Shown: positions 1 to 9,160, counted from the first letter of the stretch. The stretch: DNA of 42,174 nt from Rhodothermales bacterium (GCA_030830105.1 JAURNP010000207.1:1-42174); one strand, 5' to 3'. Made by a program: numbers and translations. The notes: a model not told the origin generated them from the letters alone.

Positions 1-108
1 CGCATCGACGACACCAATTTCTGGACCATTTCTGCCGCGTCTGTCGATGGTATCTGGGCGGCTGGCCCGGGTGGTGTCGCACGACTGCAGAACAGGTCGA
101 ACGAGTAA
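1..108 (+). CDS. 3' end of an upstream gene (possibly a beta-propeller/YCF48-like protein), partial
   Basis: Frame 1 is open from base 1: RIDDTNFWTISAASVDGIWAAGPGGVARLQNRSNE, TAA at 106-108. The WAAGPGG pattern resembles propeller blades. The family call is weak. Confidence 0.5.
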   Translation, partial: RIDDTNFWTISAASVDGIWAAGPGGVARLQNRSNE

Positions 109-131
109 GTCACCCTGTCGGATAGGATAGC

Positions 132-1622
132 ATGGCATCCATAGCAGCCATTCTGGATCAAACACCGTACGTAGCCCTGCTGCGCGAGGTGGGTCAGATT
201 GCCGCGCAGGAAGGCATCGAAACCTACGCTGTGGGCGGTACGGTCCGAGACGCTCTGCTTGGGCGCGAGACCACGGATATCGATTTCGTGTCCGTCGGAA
301 ACGGATCTGGACTCGCTCTGGCTTCGGCCGTACAGAAGAAACTTGGTGGATCGGAAGTCCATCGCTACGAAAACTTCGGCACGGCGGCCATCCGACTACA
401 CGCAACAGCGGATCGGGCAGCACTCGTACTTGAATTCGTCGGCGCACGAAAAGAGAGCTATAGTCGAGACTCGCGAAAGCCCGCTGTAGAGTCGGGTTCG
501 ATGGAGGATGACCAGCAGCGACGAGACTTCACGATCAATGCCCTTGCGGTCGATGTGCTTCCGGAACGATTCGGAACTCTGGTAGACTCCTTTGGAGGTA
601 TTGCCGATCTGAATGCCGGCGTGATCCGCACCCCTCTTGATCCGGAGACCACCTTTGATGACGACCCGTTGCGCATCATCCGCGCAGCCAGGTTCGCCGC
701 TCAGCTCGGATTTGAGATCGATCCGGTGACGCTTGCGGGGATGCGTTTGCGTTCGGACCGAGTAAGCATGCTTTCGGGCGAGCGCGTCAGCGATGAACTC
801 AACAAGATCCTTTGCTGCGCCAAGCCTTCTGTTGGATTCCGTTTGCTCTATGATGCGGGTGTCTTGCATCACATCCTACCCGATTTAGTCGCACTTCAGG
901 GCGTGGAGACCATCGATGGCGTCCGTCACAAAGACAATTTTTTCCATACGCTGAAGGTTGTCGATAACCTCATAGAAATTCTGCCAGAGAGAGACTGCCC
1001 TGAAACGCTCTGGCTGCGGTGGGCAGCCCTCCTGCATGACATAGGGAAGACGTCCACAAAGCGATTCTCGGAAGGTCTCGGCTGGAGCTTCCATGGGCAC
1101 GAGGAACGCGGGGCACGAATGGTCAAAAAGATTTTCCGCAAGCTGCGGCTGCCGGTGGACGAGCGCATGAAGTACGTCCAGCAGATGATTCGACTTCACC
1201 ACAGGCCCGTGGCGTTGGTAGACGATCATGTGACCGACTCTGCCGTGCGCCGCCTGCTTTTCGATGCAGGCGAGCGAATTGAGGATCTGATGCTGTTGGT
1301 CCGCGCCGATATCACGTCCAAAAATCCCCGGCGTGTCCGACGCTACCTGAATGCCTTCGATAGCGTTGAGGAAAAATTTCGGGAGGTCGAAGAAAAAGAT
1401 GATCTGCGCAATTTCCAGCCACCCGTTGATGGCGGTGAAATCATGCACGTCCTGGGCATCCCTCCGTCACCAGCTATCGGAGTGATCAAGAATGCCATCC
1501 GCGAAGCCATTCTGGACGGCAAGATCCCGAACGAGCACGACGCTGCCTACGCTTACATGATCGAGATCAAAGATGAACTGCTGGCCGGTCTGGATGAAGA
1601 TGATTTCCGGGATCGGCGCTGA
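132..1622 (+). CDS. cca: CCA tRNA nucleotidyltransferase (class II) with HD domain
   Basis: VGGTVRD, DIDF, RRDFTINA and DDPLRIIRAARF motifs, plus HT...LLHDIGK HD domain. Confidence 0.92.
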   Translation: MASIAAILDQTPYVALLREVGQIAAQEGIETYAVGGTVRDALLGRETTDIDFVSVGNGSGLALASAVQKKLGGSEVHRYENFGTAAIRLHATADRAALVLEFVGARKESYSRDSRKPAVESGSMEDDQQRRDFTINALAVDVLPERFGTLVDSFGGIADLNAGVIRTPLDPETTFDDDPLRIIRAARFAAQLGFEIDPVTLAGMRLRSDRVSMLSGERVSDELNKILCCAKPSVGFRLLYDAGVLHHILPDLVALQGVETIDGVRHKDNFFHTLKVVDNLIEILPERDCPETLWLRWAALLHDIGKTSTKRFSEGLGWSFHGHEERGARMVKKIFRKLRLPVDERMKYVQQMIRLHHRPVALVDDHVTDSAVRRLLFDAGERIEDLMLLVRADITSKNPRRVRRYLNAFDSVEEKFREVEEKDDLRNFQPPVDGGEIMHVLGIPPSPAIGVIKNAIREAILDGKIPNEHDAAYAYMIEIKDELLAGLDEDDFRDRR

Positions 1623-1734
1623 TCCTGATACAGCGTGCATCCCTGACGCCAAATGACCGTAGACCCATCCTGAGCGTGACCAGAGACGAGATCGCTCTGA
1701 ACCGATTCTGTTCACCCAATCCGTTTACGTGACC

Positions 1735-1902
1735 ATGGCCGACTTGATTCGCGTCATCCTCTCTATCATCATTCCGCCGCTTGGCGTCTTTTTCAAAGTC
1801 GGATTTGGCTCGCATTTCTGGATCAACATCTTGTTGACCCTGGCCGGCTACATCCCGGGACTGGTCCACGCCATCTGGATCTTGGCCAGCTACAAGGACT
1901 GA
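1735..1902 (+). CDS. YqaE/Pmp3 family small membrane proteolipid (55 aa; absent from the ORF track)
   Basis: Manual translation MADLIRVILSIIIPPLGVFFKVGFGSHFWINILLTLAGYIPGLVHAIWILASYKD* carries the PPLGV...FWINILLT...YIPG..HA signature. Confidence 0.93.
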   Translation: MADLIRVILSIIIPPLGVFFKVGFGSHFWINILLTLAGYIPGLVHAIWILASYKD

Positions 1903-2109
1903 TTGGCGCTGCTAGTCTGTTGGAGAGTCGTCCCGACGCATCCGGGACCGTCGGCATCGCTCAGAACAGAATACCACCTCGTCCCACACGTCTGCCCATT
2001 TCTTGCGCCAGGCGAATGGTCGTTCGCACACCGGACACACTTTGGAAGGCAGATCCCGTTTCTTCCGCATCTTCGGCATGAGTGCCGACCTGAATAAGTT
2101 TTCGTCCGA

Positions 2110-2526
2110 TTACTCGGCGACAGCTTCCTTCGTCGGACGGATATCCCACATCAGCATCTGCTCGATGTCGGCGTAGTCTTCTTCGCCATCTGCGTCCGTG
2201 AAGGAATAATCACCAAGCTTCTCACGCTGCATGGGTGAGAGCAGCTTCCAAGCCTGGCCTTCCTGATCCGCGAATTCTGCGGGATAAGGATTCGTCACGC
2301 GGTATGATGGGTGGTAGGACTTGTACGTCTTTTCAGCTTCGTACAAAGCCGCCCGACGCGCACCGGCCATCGTGGCACTTTTGCCCGTCACCTTGAAAGG
2401 CGTGATCGTGATGCTCGCAACAAAGAAGCCATCCTCCTGCTCCAGATACTCCGGGCGCATGACTTTGTAATCGCCTGGGTGAGGATATGCGCTGCGTTCG
2501 TTGAAGTCCATGATAATGCGGGCCAT
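2110..2526 (-). CDS. Hypothetical cytoplasmic protein (138 aa), possible HicB-/dsRBD-like fold
   Basis: Clean ORF with normal composition, divergent from nrdJ. The fold guess rests only on the segment EDGFFVASITI...TGKSATMAGARRAAL. Confidence 0.75.
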   Translation of the reverse strand: MARIIMDFNERSAYPHPGDYKVMRPEYLEQEDGFFVASITITPFKVTGKSATMAGARRAALYEAEKTYKSYHPSYRVTNPYPAEFADQEGQAWKLLSPMQREKLGDYSFTDADGEEDYADIEQMLMWDIRPTKEAVAE

Positions 2527-2563
2527 GTGCTGATGAGGGATACCCAGGTCCGAATTCTCCGTT

Positions 2564-2939
2564 CGTGGAAAACTCGGTTGGGGAGAAGACGCGGTTGTAC
2601 CTCCGAACCGGTTTCGGGTTCAAGATCCGGATGGAGAAGTTCGTGCAAAAGGCGCTTTTCTAAGGCCACGGGCCAAAAGCCGTTATTGGGCTCTCTTAAA
2701 TGCCGTTATTGAGGATTCGAAGAAGTCTGCTGTGGAAAAGATCGTGGACAGATTTGGGTTGTCCACAGGACCTCTTTTGCAATAACGGACGTATGCTCCC
2801 GGGATGTTTGAATTTCGGGCCTATGATCGCGTCAAAAGGGCCTCCTATCAGCTCCATTGACTGCTCTTGAAGTAATGATGTAAATGTGGACAAAAAATGG
2901 TTGCATAACGGCCATTCCACCCATTTATTGGTATCCGCA
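2564..2939. promoter_or_regulatory. Cluster of DnaA-box-like 9-mers (candidate oriC or DnaA-regulated nrdJ promoter)
   Basis: Best sites: TTTTCCACA (rc, 2731-2739), TTGTCCACA (2759-2767), TTGTCCACA (rc, 2885-2893). Weaker: TTTTCCACG (rc 2564-2572), TTTTGCACG (rc 2642-2650), CTGTCCACG (rc 2743-2751), GTATCCGCA (2931-2939). They lie in a long, relatively AT-rich intergenic region. Confidence 0.6.
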
Positions 2940-3005
2940 CCAGCCGCCACTTTGCGCTTTTCGGTTCACTCGATAGCCAGTTACAGCTTGACGTGAACCG
3001 TTATT
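2679..3005. repeat. Five dispersed copies of CCGTTAT(T/G)
   Basis: GCCGTTATTG at 2679-2688 and 2702-2711; reverse-complement copies CAATAACGG 2780-2788 and CATAACGGC 2904-2912; CCGTTATT 2998-3005. Confidence 0.7.
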
Positions 3006-3229
3006 TTTTCGGTCCCGCCGGATTGCAAAATGGCGAGAAACTGCCCAGAAAGCGGTCCCACTGTCGTCTGTATAAAGGCCTTGAACCGGCCCATACGACC
3101 CATCCGCCCCCACCGGTACGTGCGACGATGCCTGCTCGGCATCACCTCTACCCTTTGACACACCCACGCGGGTGCACCGCCGCGCCGGCTCGTCCGGCAA
3201 GCCCTGCACCCGAAAATTGAAGAGTTGCC

Positions 3230-6200
3230 ATGCCTGAAACCAACCGGGAATCCTTGTTCGGAGACGAAACCACGATGGACGTGACACGCGGTCTTACGAT
3301 TGACCGTGTTTTTTCTGCGGAAGGAGAGGATCCTTTCGATTCTGTGAAATGGGAGACGCGCGATGCGTCCATCAAGAACCACACCGGCGAAGCCATTTTT
3401 GAGCAGACCAATGTGGAATTCCCAGAAGGCTGGAGTCAGCTGGCTACCAATGTGGTGACCAGTAAGTACTTCTACGGCGAACTGGCCAATAATGGCATCC
3501 ACCCCAGCGAAGGCGGCAGGGAGAATAGCCTGCGTCAGCTCATCCATCGTGTCACGCGTACAATTGCCGATTGGGGTACGAAACAGAATTATTTTGCGAC
3601 CAAACAAGATGGTGAGACCTTCTACCAGGAGCTGACCTGGCTGTGCGTCAATCAGTACGGTGCCTTCAATAGCCCGGTTTGGTTCAACGTGGGTCTGAAT
3701 CAGCAATACGGGGTCACAGACTCCGGCGGTAAGACCATTTTCGGATGGGATCGCAAGAAAAAGAAGGTCGTCCCGGTCGACCCGTACATCCGCCCGCAGG
3801 CTTCCGCTTGCTTCATCATCTCCGTCGAAGACTCGATCGATGATATCTGGCAGCTCATGGGCGAGTCGGCCCGCCTGTTCAAATTCGGATCCGGAGTAGG
3901 TGCGGACTGGTCCAAACTGCGCTCCAGCCGTGAGAAGCTCTCTGGTGGCGGCGTACCGTCTGGCCCAGTCTCCTTCATGAAGGTCCAAGACGCCACGGGT
4001 GGTACCATCAAGTCAGGTGGTAAGACGCGCCGCGCTGCCATCATGCAGACGCTCAAGAGCTGGCACCCGGACATCAAGGAGTTTGTCGAGGCCAAGCAGG
4101 AAGAAGAGAAGAAAGCTTGGGCCCTCATCGAAGAAGGGTACGATGGGAGCTTCAACGGCCCAGCTTACGGCTCAGTAGCCTTTCAGAATGTCAACCAATC
4201 CGTTCGCGTCGACGACGCCCTCATGGCAGCCGCCGACGATAACGCGGCTTATGGCCTGCGCGCTGTCAAGTCGGGTGACGTGATAGAAGAAGTGGATGCC
4301 GCAGGCATCCTGGAGAAAATTGCTGAAGGAACCCACGTTTGTGGCGATCCGGGTGTCCAGTACGAGGACACTATCCAGCGCTGGCATACGTGCAAAAACT
4401 CGGATGCCATCAACTCGAGCAATCCTTGCTCCGAGTACATGTTCTTGGATGATTCGGCCTGTAACCTGGCTTCGCTGAACCTGCGTAAGTATCAGAATGC
4501 AGATGGCACGTTTGATGTGGCTCGCTTTCGCGCTGCAGCCCGCATCTACATCACGGCCATGGAAATCCTGGTTGATAACGCAGGCTATCCGTCTGCACCG
4601 GTTGCCGAAAACTCCCATCTCTACCGTCCGCTCGGTCTCGGCTTTGCCAACCTCGGTGCGCTCCTGATGTCGATGGGCCTGCCATACGACAGCGACGAAG
4701 GACGCGCCGTGGCTGGTGCCGTCATGGCCATCGAGCACTGCGAAGCGTACGCACGCTCGGCTGAGATCGCCGGAAACCCGAAAATCGGCACGTTCGACGG
4801 CTTCGAAGCCAACCGCGAGCCCTTCCTCGAAGTCATGCGCATGCATCGCGACGCCGTGGATACAATCCACACGTCGTGCCCCGAGTATTTGCTGGAAGCG
4901 GCCCGCGAATCGGCAGATAAAATGGTGGCCCTCGGCGAAGTTCACGGCTATCGCAATGCGCAGTCGACGGTACTGGCACCAACTGGCACCATCGGTTTCA
5001 TGATGGATTGCGACACGACAGGTGTTGAGCCAGACATTGCCCTTGTCAAGTACAAGCTGCTGGCGGGCAAAGGAGATGGTATGCTCAAAATCGTCAACCG
5101 TACGGTCCCCGAAGCGCTCGAGCGCCTGGGCTACAAGAAGAAAGCCGTAAAAGCGATCATCAAGCACATCGACGAGGAAGACACGATCGAGGGCGCACCT
5201 GGTCTCAAGGATGAGCACCTGCCGGTGTTTGACTGCGCTTTCAAGCCATTCAACGGCGAGCGTTCGATTCACCACATGGGTCACATCAAGATGATGGCAG
5301 CCACGCAGCCATTCATCTCGGGCGCCATTTCCAAGACGGTCAACATGCCGGAGAGCACGACGGTCGAGGAAATTTCCGATGCCTACATGCAAGGCTGGAA
5401 GCTCGGCCTCAAGGCAGTCGCCATCTATCGCGAAAACTCCAAGCGTAGTCAGCCACTGGCCACGTCCAAAGGCGGTAACACGAAAGGAGCTTCTACGGAA
5501 GTTGCCTCCGGTGACGGACAGGCAACGACCGTCGAGCCCGAAATCAAAGTCGTTGAGCGCGTCGTGCACAAGTCGGTTCGTCACCGTCTCCCGGACGAGC
5601 GCCCGTCGCTGACGCACAAATTCTCGATTGCCGGACACGAAGGTTACCTGCACATTGGCATGTATCCAGATACAAAGATGCCGGGCGAGATCTTCATCAC
5701 GATGGCCAAGGAAGGGTCGACCATTTCCGGCCTGATGGATGCCTTCGCCACATCAATCTCGATCGCACTTCAGTACAACGTGCCGCTCGAAGACCTGTGC
5801 AACAAGTTCAGCCACATGCGCTTCGAGCCGAACGGGTTCACCAACAACCGGCAGATTCCGATCGCCAAGTCCATCATGGACTACATCTTCCGCTACCTCT
5901 CCATGCGCTTCCTCTCCCAGCCCGAGGCTGAAGTGAAAGCAAAGGAGACGGCCTTGGACGAACCGGCATCGGATCTCGAGCAGATCGACATGTTCACAGC
6001 TGAGCCGACCGAATCCTCGGTCGACCCACTCGTGGGTGACACGGTTGAGGACTTCCTTGGACGCTCCAGCGCTGAAGCTTCAGCTGTGGCCACGGCCACG
6101 GCGACAGCTACGGAAACCGAAACCACCTTTGCCAACCAGGAGGATGCACCTCCTTGTTCAAATTGCGGCAGCATCACGGTGCGCAGCGGAGCATGTTACT

Positions 6201-6238
6201 CATGCCCGAACTGCGGTAACACCAGCGGATGTGGATGA
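3230..6238 (+). CDS. nrdJ: Vitamin B12-dependent (class II) ribonucleotide reductase with C-terminal TSCPD-like region and Zn ribbon
   Basis: FNSPVWFN, PQASACFI, GGKTRRAA, SNPCSEY (thiyl Cys), APTGTI and ISKTVNMP motifs; terminal CSNC...CPNCG. No N-terminal ATP cone is visible. Confidence 0.95.
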   Translation: MPETNRESLFGDETTMDVTRGLTIDRVFSAEGEDPFDSVKWETRDASIKNHTGEAIFEQTNVEFPEGWSQLATNVVTSKYFYGELANNGIHPSEGGRENSLRQLIHRVTRTIADWGTKQNYFATKQDGETFYQELTWLCVNQYGAFNSPVWFNVGLNQQYGVTDSGGKTIFGWDRKKKKVVPVDPYIRPQASACFIISVEDSIDDIWQLMGESARLFKFGSGVGADWSKLRSSREKLSGGGVPSGPVSFMKVQDATGGTIKSGGKTRRAAIMQTLKSWHPDIKEFVEAKQEEEKKAWALIEEGYDGSFNGPAYGSVAFQNVNQSVRVDDALMAAADDNAAYGLRAVKSGDVIEEVDAAGILEKIAEGTHVCGDPGVQYEDTIQRWHTCKNSDAINSSNPCSEYMFLDDSACNLASLNLRKYQNADGTFDVARFRAAARIYITAMEILVDNAGYPSAPVAENSHLYRPLGLGFANLGALLMSMGLPYDSDEGRAVAGAVMAIEHCEAYARSAEIAGNPKIGTFDGFEANREPFLEVMRMHRDAVDTIHTSCPEYLLEAARESADKMVALGEVHGYRNAQSTVLAPTGTIGFMMDCDTTGVEPDIALVKYKLLAGKGDGMLKIVNRTVPEALERLGYKKKAVKAIIKHIDEEDTIEGAPGLKDEHLPVFDCAFKPFNGERSIHHMGHIKMMAATQPFISGAISKTVNMPESTTVEEISDAYMQGWKLGLKAVAIYRENSKRSQPLATSKGGNTKGASTEVASGDGQATTVEPEIKVVERVVHKSVRHRLPDERPSLTHKFSIAGHEGYLHIGMYPDTKMPGEIFITMAKEGSTISGLMDAFATSISIALQYNVPLEDLCNKFSHMRFEPNGFTNNRQIPIAKSIMDYIFRYLSMRFLSQPEAEVKAKETALDEPASDLEQIDMFTAEPTESSVDPLVGDTVEDFLGRSSAEASAVATATATATETETTFANQEDAPPCSNCGSITVRSGACYSCPNCGNTSGCG

Positions 6239-6330
6239 CCGCACTGACATCCCGCCCTGCGCACGGGAGCGTAGGTCGGGATAATTCACCCCAGGGTGTG
6301 GGCATCAGTACCACGCCCGGTTAACGGGGA

Positions 6331-6370
6331 GCGCCCGGCGGTTGGTGGGACCGCCGGGCGCCTTTTTTTT
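6331..6370 (+). terminator. Intrinsic terminator of nrdJ
   Basis: Stem GCGCCCGGCGGT (6331-6342) / ACCGCCGGGCGC (6350-6361) followed by a run of 8 T. Confidence 0.9.
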
Positions 6371-6610
6371 GTAGGAGCCATCAGCTCTCATGCCTGTGAC
6401 GTCACGAAGGCGACGGCTAATGACCCCCAAAAAAAAGCCGTCGCTCGCGGGGGCAGGTACAAGTTCACTCCGGAGAACTCGATCCAGCCACCCGCAAACG
6501 CCGGCACTCTTAGAAACGTAATCCCCAGGGTATTTCACGACATCGACTCCGATTCGTAACCTGATCCTCGGCTGAACAACACATGAGAGCTTCAAATCTC
6601 CAGGTACTCT

Positions 6611-7372
6611 ATGGCTCGCTTCGAAAACAAAATTGTCCTTATTACCGGCGCCAGCTCCGGCATAGGTGAAGCGGCCGCGTATGCGTTTGGTCGCGAAGGC
6701 GCCAAGGTATTTCTCGTGGCGCGGCGTGCAGATCGTGGTGAAGCTGTCGCCCAGCGGATCCGCGAAGAAGGCGGAACGGCTCTCTTTTACCAGGCCGACA
6801 TGGCCGACCGTGCGCAGATCGGTGCTATGGTGGCCGCCTGCGTAGAGAAATTCGGTGGTCTCGATGTCGCCTTCAACAACGCGGGTATAGATGGAGCCTT
6901 CAACGTCAACATCCCCGATCACCCGGAGGATGTCTGGGACGATGTTTTGACCATCAACCTGACCGGTGTGTGGTACTGCATGCGCCACCAGATTCCGGCA
7001 ATGCTGGAGAGAGGTGGAGGATCCATTGTCAACATGGCATCGATGGCCGGTGTGAAAGGATTCCCGGGCAGCTCAAGCTATGCGGCCAGCAAGTTCGGTG
7101 TGGTTGGCATCACCAAGGCCGCCGCACTCGAATATGCCGATCAGGGCATCCGAGTAAACGCAGTCTGTCCGGCCGTCATTCGCTCCGAGATGGCTGATCG
7201 CGTCTTCGGCACAGACGAGGCAGACAACGAAGCACAGGCAGCTTCTTGGCACCCAATTGGTCGCATCGGAGAGCCCGAGGAAGTAGCCAACGTTGTTTTG
7301 TGGCTCGCCTCAGATGAAGCCTCCTTTGTCACGGCGGAAACCATCCAGATTGACGGTGGCCTCGGAGCCTAG
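6611..7372 (+). CDS. Classical SDR oxidoreductase (glucose-1-dehydrogenase/FabG-like)
   Basis: TGASSGIG, NNAG, YAASK catalytic motif, IRVNAVCP. Confidence 0.9.
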   Translation: MARFENKIVLITGASSGIGEAAAYAFGREGAKVFLVARRADRGEAVAQRIREEGGTALFYQADMADRAQIGAMVAACVEKFGGLDVAFNNAGIDGAFNVNIPDHPEDVWDDVLTINLTGVWYCMRHQIPAMLERGGGSIVNMASMAGVKGFPGSSSYAASKFGVVGITKAAALEYADQGIRVNAVCPAVIRSEMADRVFGTDEADNEAQAASWHPIGRIGEPEEVANVVLWLASDEASFVTAETIQIDGGLGA

Positions 7373-7579
7373 TCGTGAACGCTGGCGCCTGAATGGCACA
7401 TGAGCGTCATTAAAGACGCGAGAAAAAAGTCTGTGATGGCCCTCGCACGGCGTAATTACGGGCAGCGTATGCCTGAATAATTGACACCAATTCGGTTTAA
7501 ACATAACAAAATGCCCCCTCGACTCGTTAGGGGGAGTGAACAGCCAGAAACATCATAGCCGCCCTCGGTTGTAAACCCC

Positions 7580-8539
7580 ATGGGAAGGTTTTTCAAAGAG
7601 TACGGACTGATCGCAGTCCTTACAGCGGTTGCACTCAGCGGATATTTCCTGATCGGTGACCGACCTGGAGACATCATGGAGTACACCCTGGATATGATGG
7701 GCACACGCCTCATCGAATTGGCTCAGGGCGACGATGAGAAGCAGGAAATTGCCCGTCAGTTTGCTGCATTTTCCGAGCGAGTGGAACGTGATGAAGTTGC
7801 GCCTGAAGTGATCGAGTCGGTAGCAGCGAACGTATTGAATCTGCGTGCTCGAGGAGCAGTGATCACGCCGGAAGAAGCAGAGCTGATGCTTTATCCCGAG
7901 GCTGTGTCGACATTACCGATTCCTGCTGATTCTTCGGCAACAGTCCCGGCGCTACCGGCATACTCCATCGCCTCGGCGGGATCCGCTGTTCACGTTGACA
8001 TGAAGGAGCTGGGAGACCGCATCACCTACATGTTCGAAATCGCGGATGCTGTGGGACAACACGACGACTCTGGCCGTACGCATGTTCGTTTTGCTCGAGA
8101 TACAGACGGGATACACGTAATCATGGATCCGCGTGTGGAATCGTTCTTCGAGACATCGTCCGCGGGTGACCTCTACTCAGAAATGAGCGAAAAGGAATGG
8201 GTACGGTGGGAAGTGGATTTAGCGGAACAGCAGGAGCGGGACGCAAAGCGCCTGGAGCGCCAAGCCGAACGTATTACAGTACTTGAAAACTCCCAAGAAG
8301 CTGTCCTTGAAGTATCCCAGGTCCAACGACTGAAAGCCCTGAAGCGTGTTCAAAAACTGGCCATGATGGGGGCCATGACCGACTTGGACACGTTGGTGCT
8401 TTATCAGGAAATGGAGTCGCTCCTTGAGGGCCTTACGTTCGAGCTCCAGACGAGGATGGACACGGAAGAGACCGATGTTGCCGCACAGCCTGGATCCGTC
8501 AGCATCGTCATCCAGTCCGACTCGACAACCAACCGGTAG
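7580..8539 (+). CDS. Hypothetical protein with N-terminal membrane anchor
   Basis: 319-aa ORF with hydrophobic YGLIAVLTAVALSGYFLI and an acidic, helical/coiled-coil-like remainder. No recognisable motif. Confidence 0.75.
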   Translation: MGRFFKEYGLIAVLTAVALSGYFLIGDRPGDIMEYTLDMMGTRLIELAQGDDEKQEIARQFAAFSERVERDEVAPEVIESVAANVLNLRARGAVITPEEAELMLYPEAVSTLPIPADSSATVPALPAYSIASAGSAVHVDMKELGDRITYMFEIADAVGQHDDSGRTHVRFARDTDGIHVIMDPRVESFFETSSAGDLYSEMSEKEWVRWEVDLAEQQERDAKRLERQAERITVLENSQEAVLEVSQVQRLKALKRVQKLAMMGAMTDLDTLVLYQEMESLLEGLTFELQTRMDTEETDVAAQPGSVSIVIQSDSTTNR

Positions 8540-8659
8540 TAGTCCTCCCACCAGCATGGGACACCCCCTCCGAGAGGCGGTCAGGAACGCACGCGGGGAT
8601 TGCACCGTTCATGGGCCGCTAATCCCACTCCAGTCCCCACCCCTCTCTCCCGATACCCC

Positions 8660-9091
8660 ATGAAAGTTGCCAAGCGATTCCGCTGGGAAGGTGCCCATCG
8701 ACTTCCCTGGCACGAAGGACGTTGCCGTGACCTGCACGGCCACTCCTACGAAATGTTTGTTGAAGTGGAAGGAGAGCCGGACGCGCAGGGCATGCTCATC
8801 GACTTCAAGCATCTGAAACGGGCGCTCGCGCCAGTGGTCGACGAGTGGGATCATGCAACGGTTGTCGCCGAAAATGACACCAAGCTCCTGAACATCATGA
8901 AGGAGAGCGGCTGGCGTCATGTGGTCATTCCCTACGATACGACGGCCGAAAACATCTGCGTCTTCTTTGCCGATCACCTCGTCAATGAGCATCGCGATCT
9001 ACTCGAGGCACGCAAGATCCACACAGTCCGCGTCCGCATTGCGGAAACGGAGACGTGCTACGCAGAAGTCGCGCGTTCGCTGAGCGACTGA
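8660..9091 (+). CDS. queD: 6-carboxy-5,6,7,8-tetrahydropterin synthase (QueD/PTPS family)
   Basis: AHRL...CRDLHGHSY (CxxxHGH), IDFK, WDH, TTAEN, ETET. Start re-assigned to ATG 8660 (MKVAKRF). Confidence 0.88.
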   Translation: MKVAKRFRWEGAHRLPWHEGRCRDLHGHSYEMFVEVEGEPDAQGMLIDFKHLKRALAPVVDEWDHATVVAENDTKLLNIMKESGWRHVVIPYDTTAENICVFFADHLVNEHRDLLEARKIHTVRVRIAETETCYAEVARSLSD

Positions 9092-9160
9092 TCCCTGAAG
9101 ATATCCCTAACCAAGCAGCTAATTGGTGTAAGCGTGGTCACACCCTGTTGGGCGTTTGCA

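Noticed and set aside
2527-3229. Cobalamin riboswitch or NrdR boxes upstream of nrdJ
   Set aside because: I found no B12-box core motifs and no ACAC-ATAT-GTGT-type palindrome by eye.
4172-5653. 493-aa antisense ORF inside nrdJ (likewise 2981-3988, 12622-13641, 24306-25589, 28260-29009, 32098-33267, 33283-34371, 35114-36478, 41259-42041)
   Set aside because: Shadow ORFs opposite well-supported genes. Biased codon usage in a GC-rich genome suppresses antisense stops, and none has a recognisable motif.
7481-7509. Perfect TTGACA upstream of the 7580 gene
   Set aside because: The hexamer at 17-bp spacing (TAACAA) lacks the conserved final T, which is too weak to call a promoter.
8590-8632. Hairpin GGGATT...AATCCC containing CCGTTCA upstream of queD, considered as a preQ1 or THF-II (folE) riboswitch
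   Set aside because: No preQ1 A-rich tail, and the resemblance to THF-II is limited to a few bases without the matching 3' strand. An Infernal/Rfam search would settle it.
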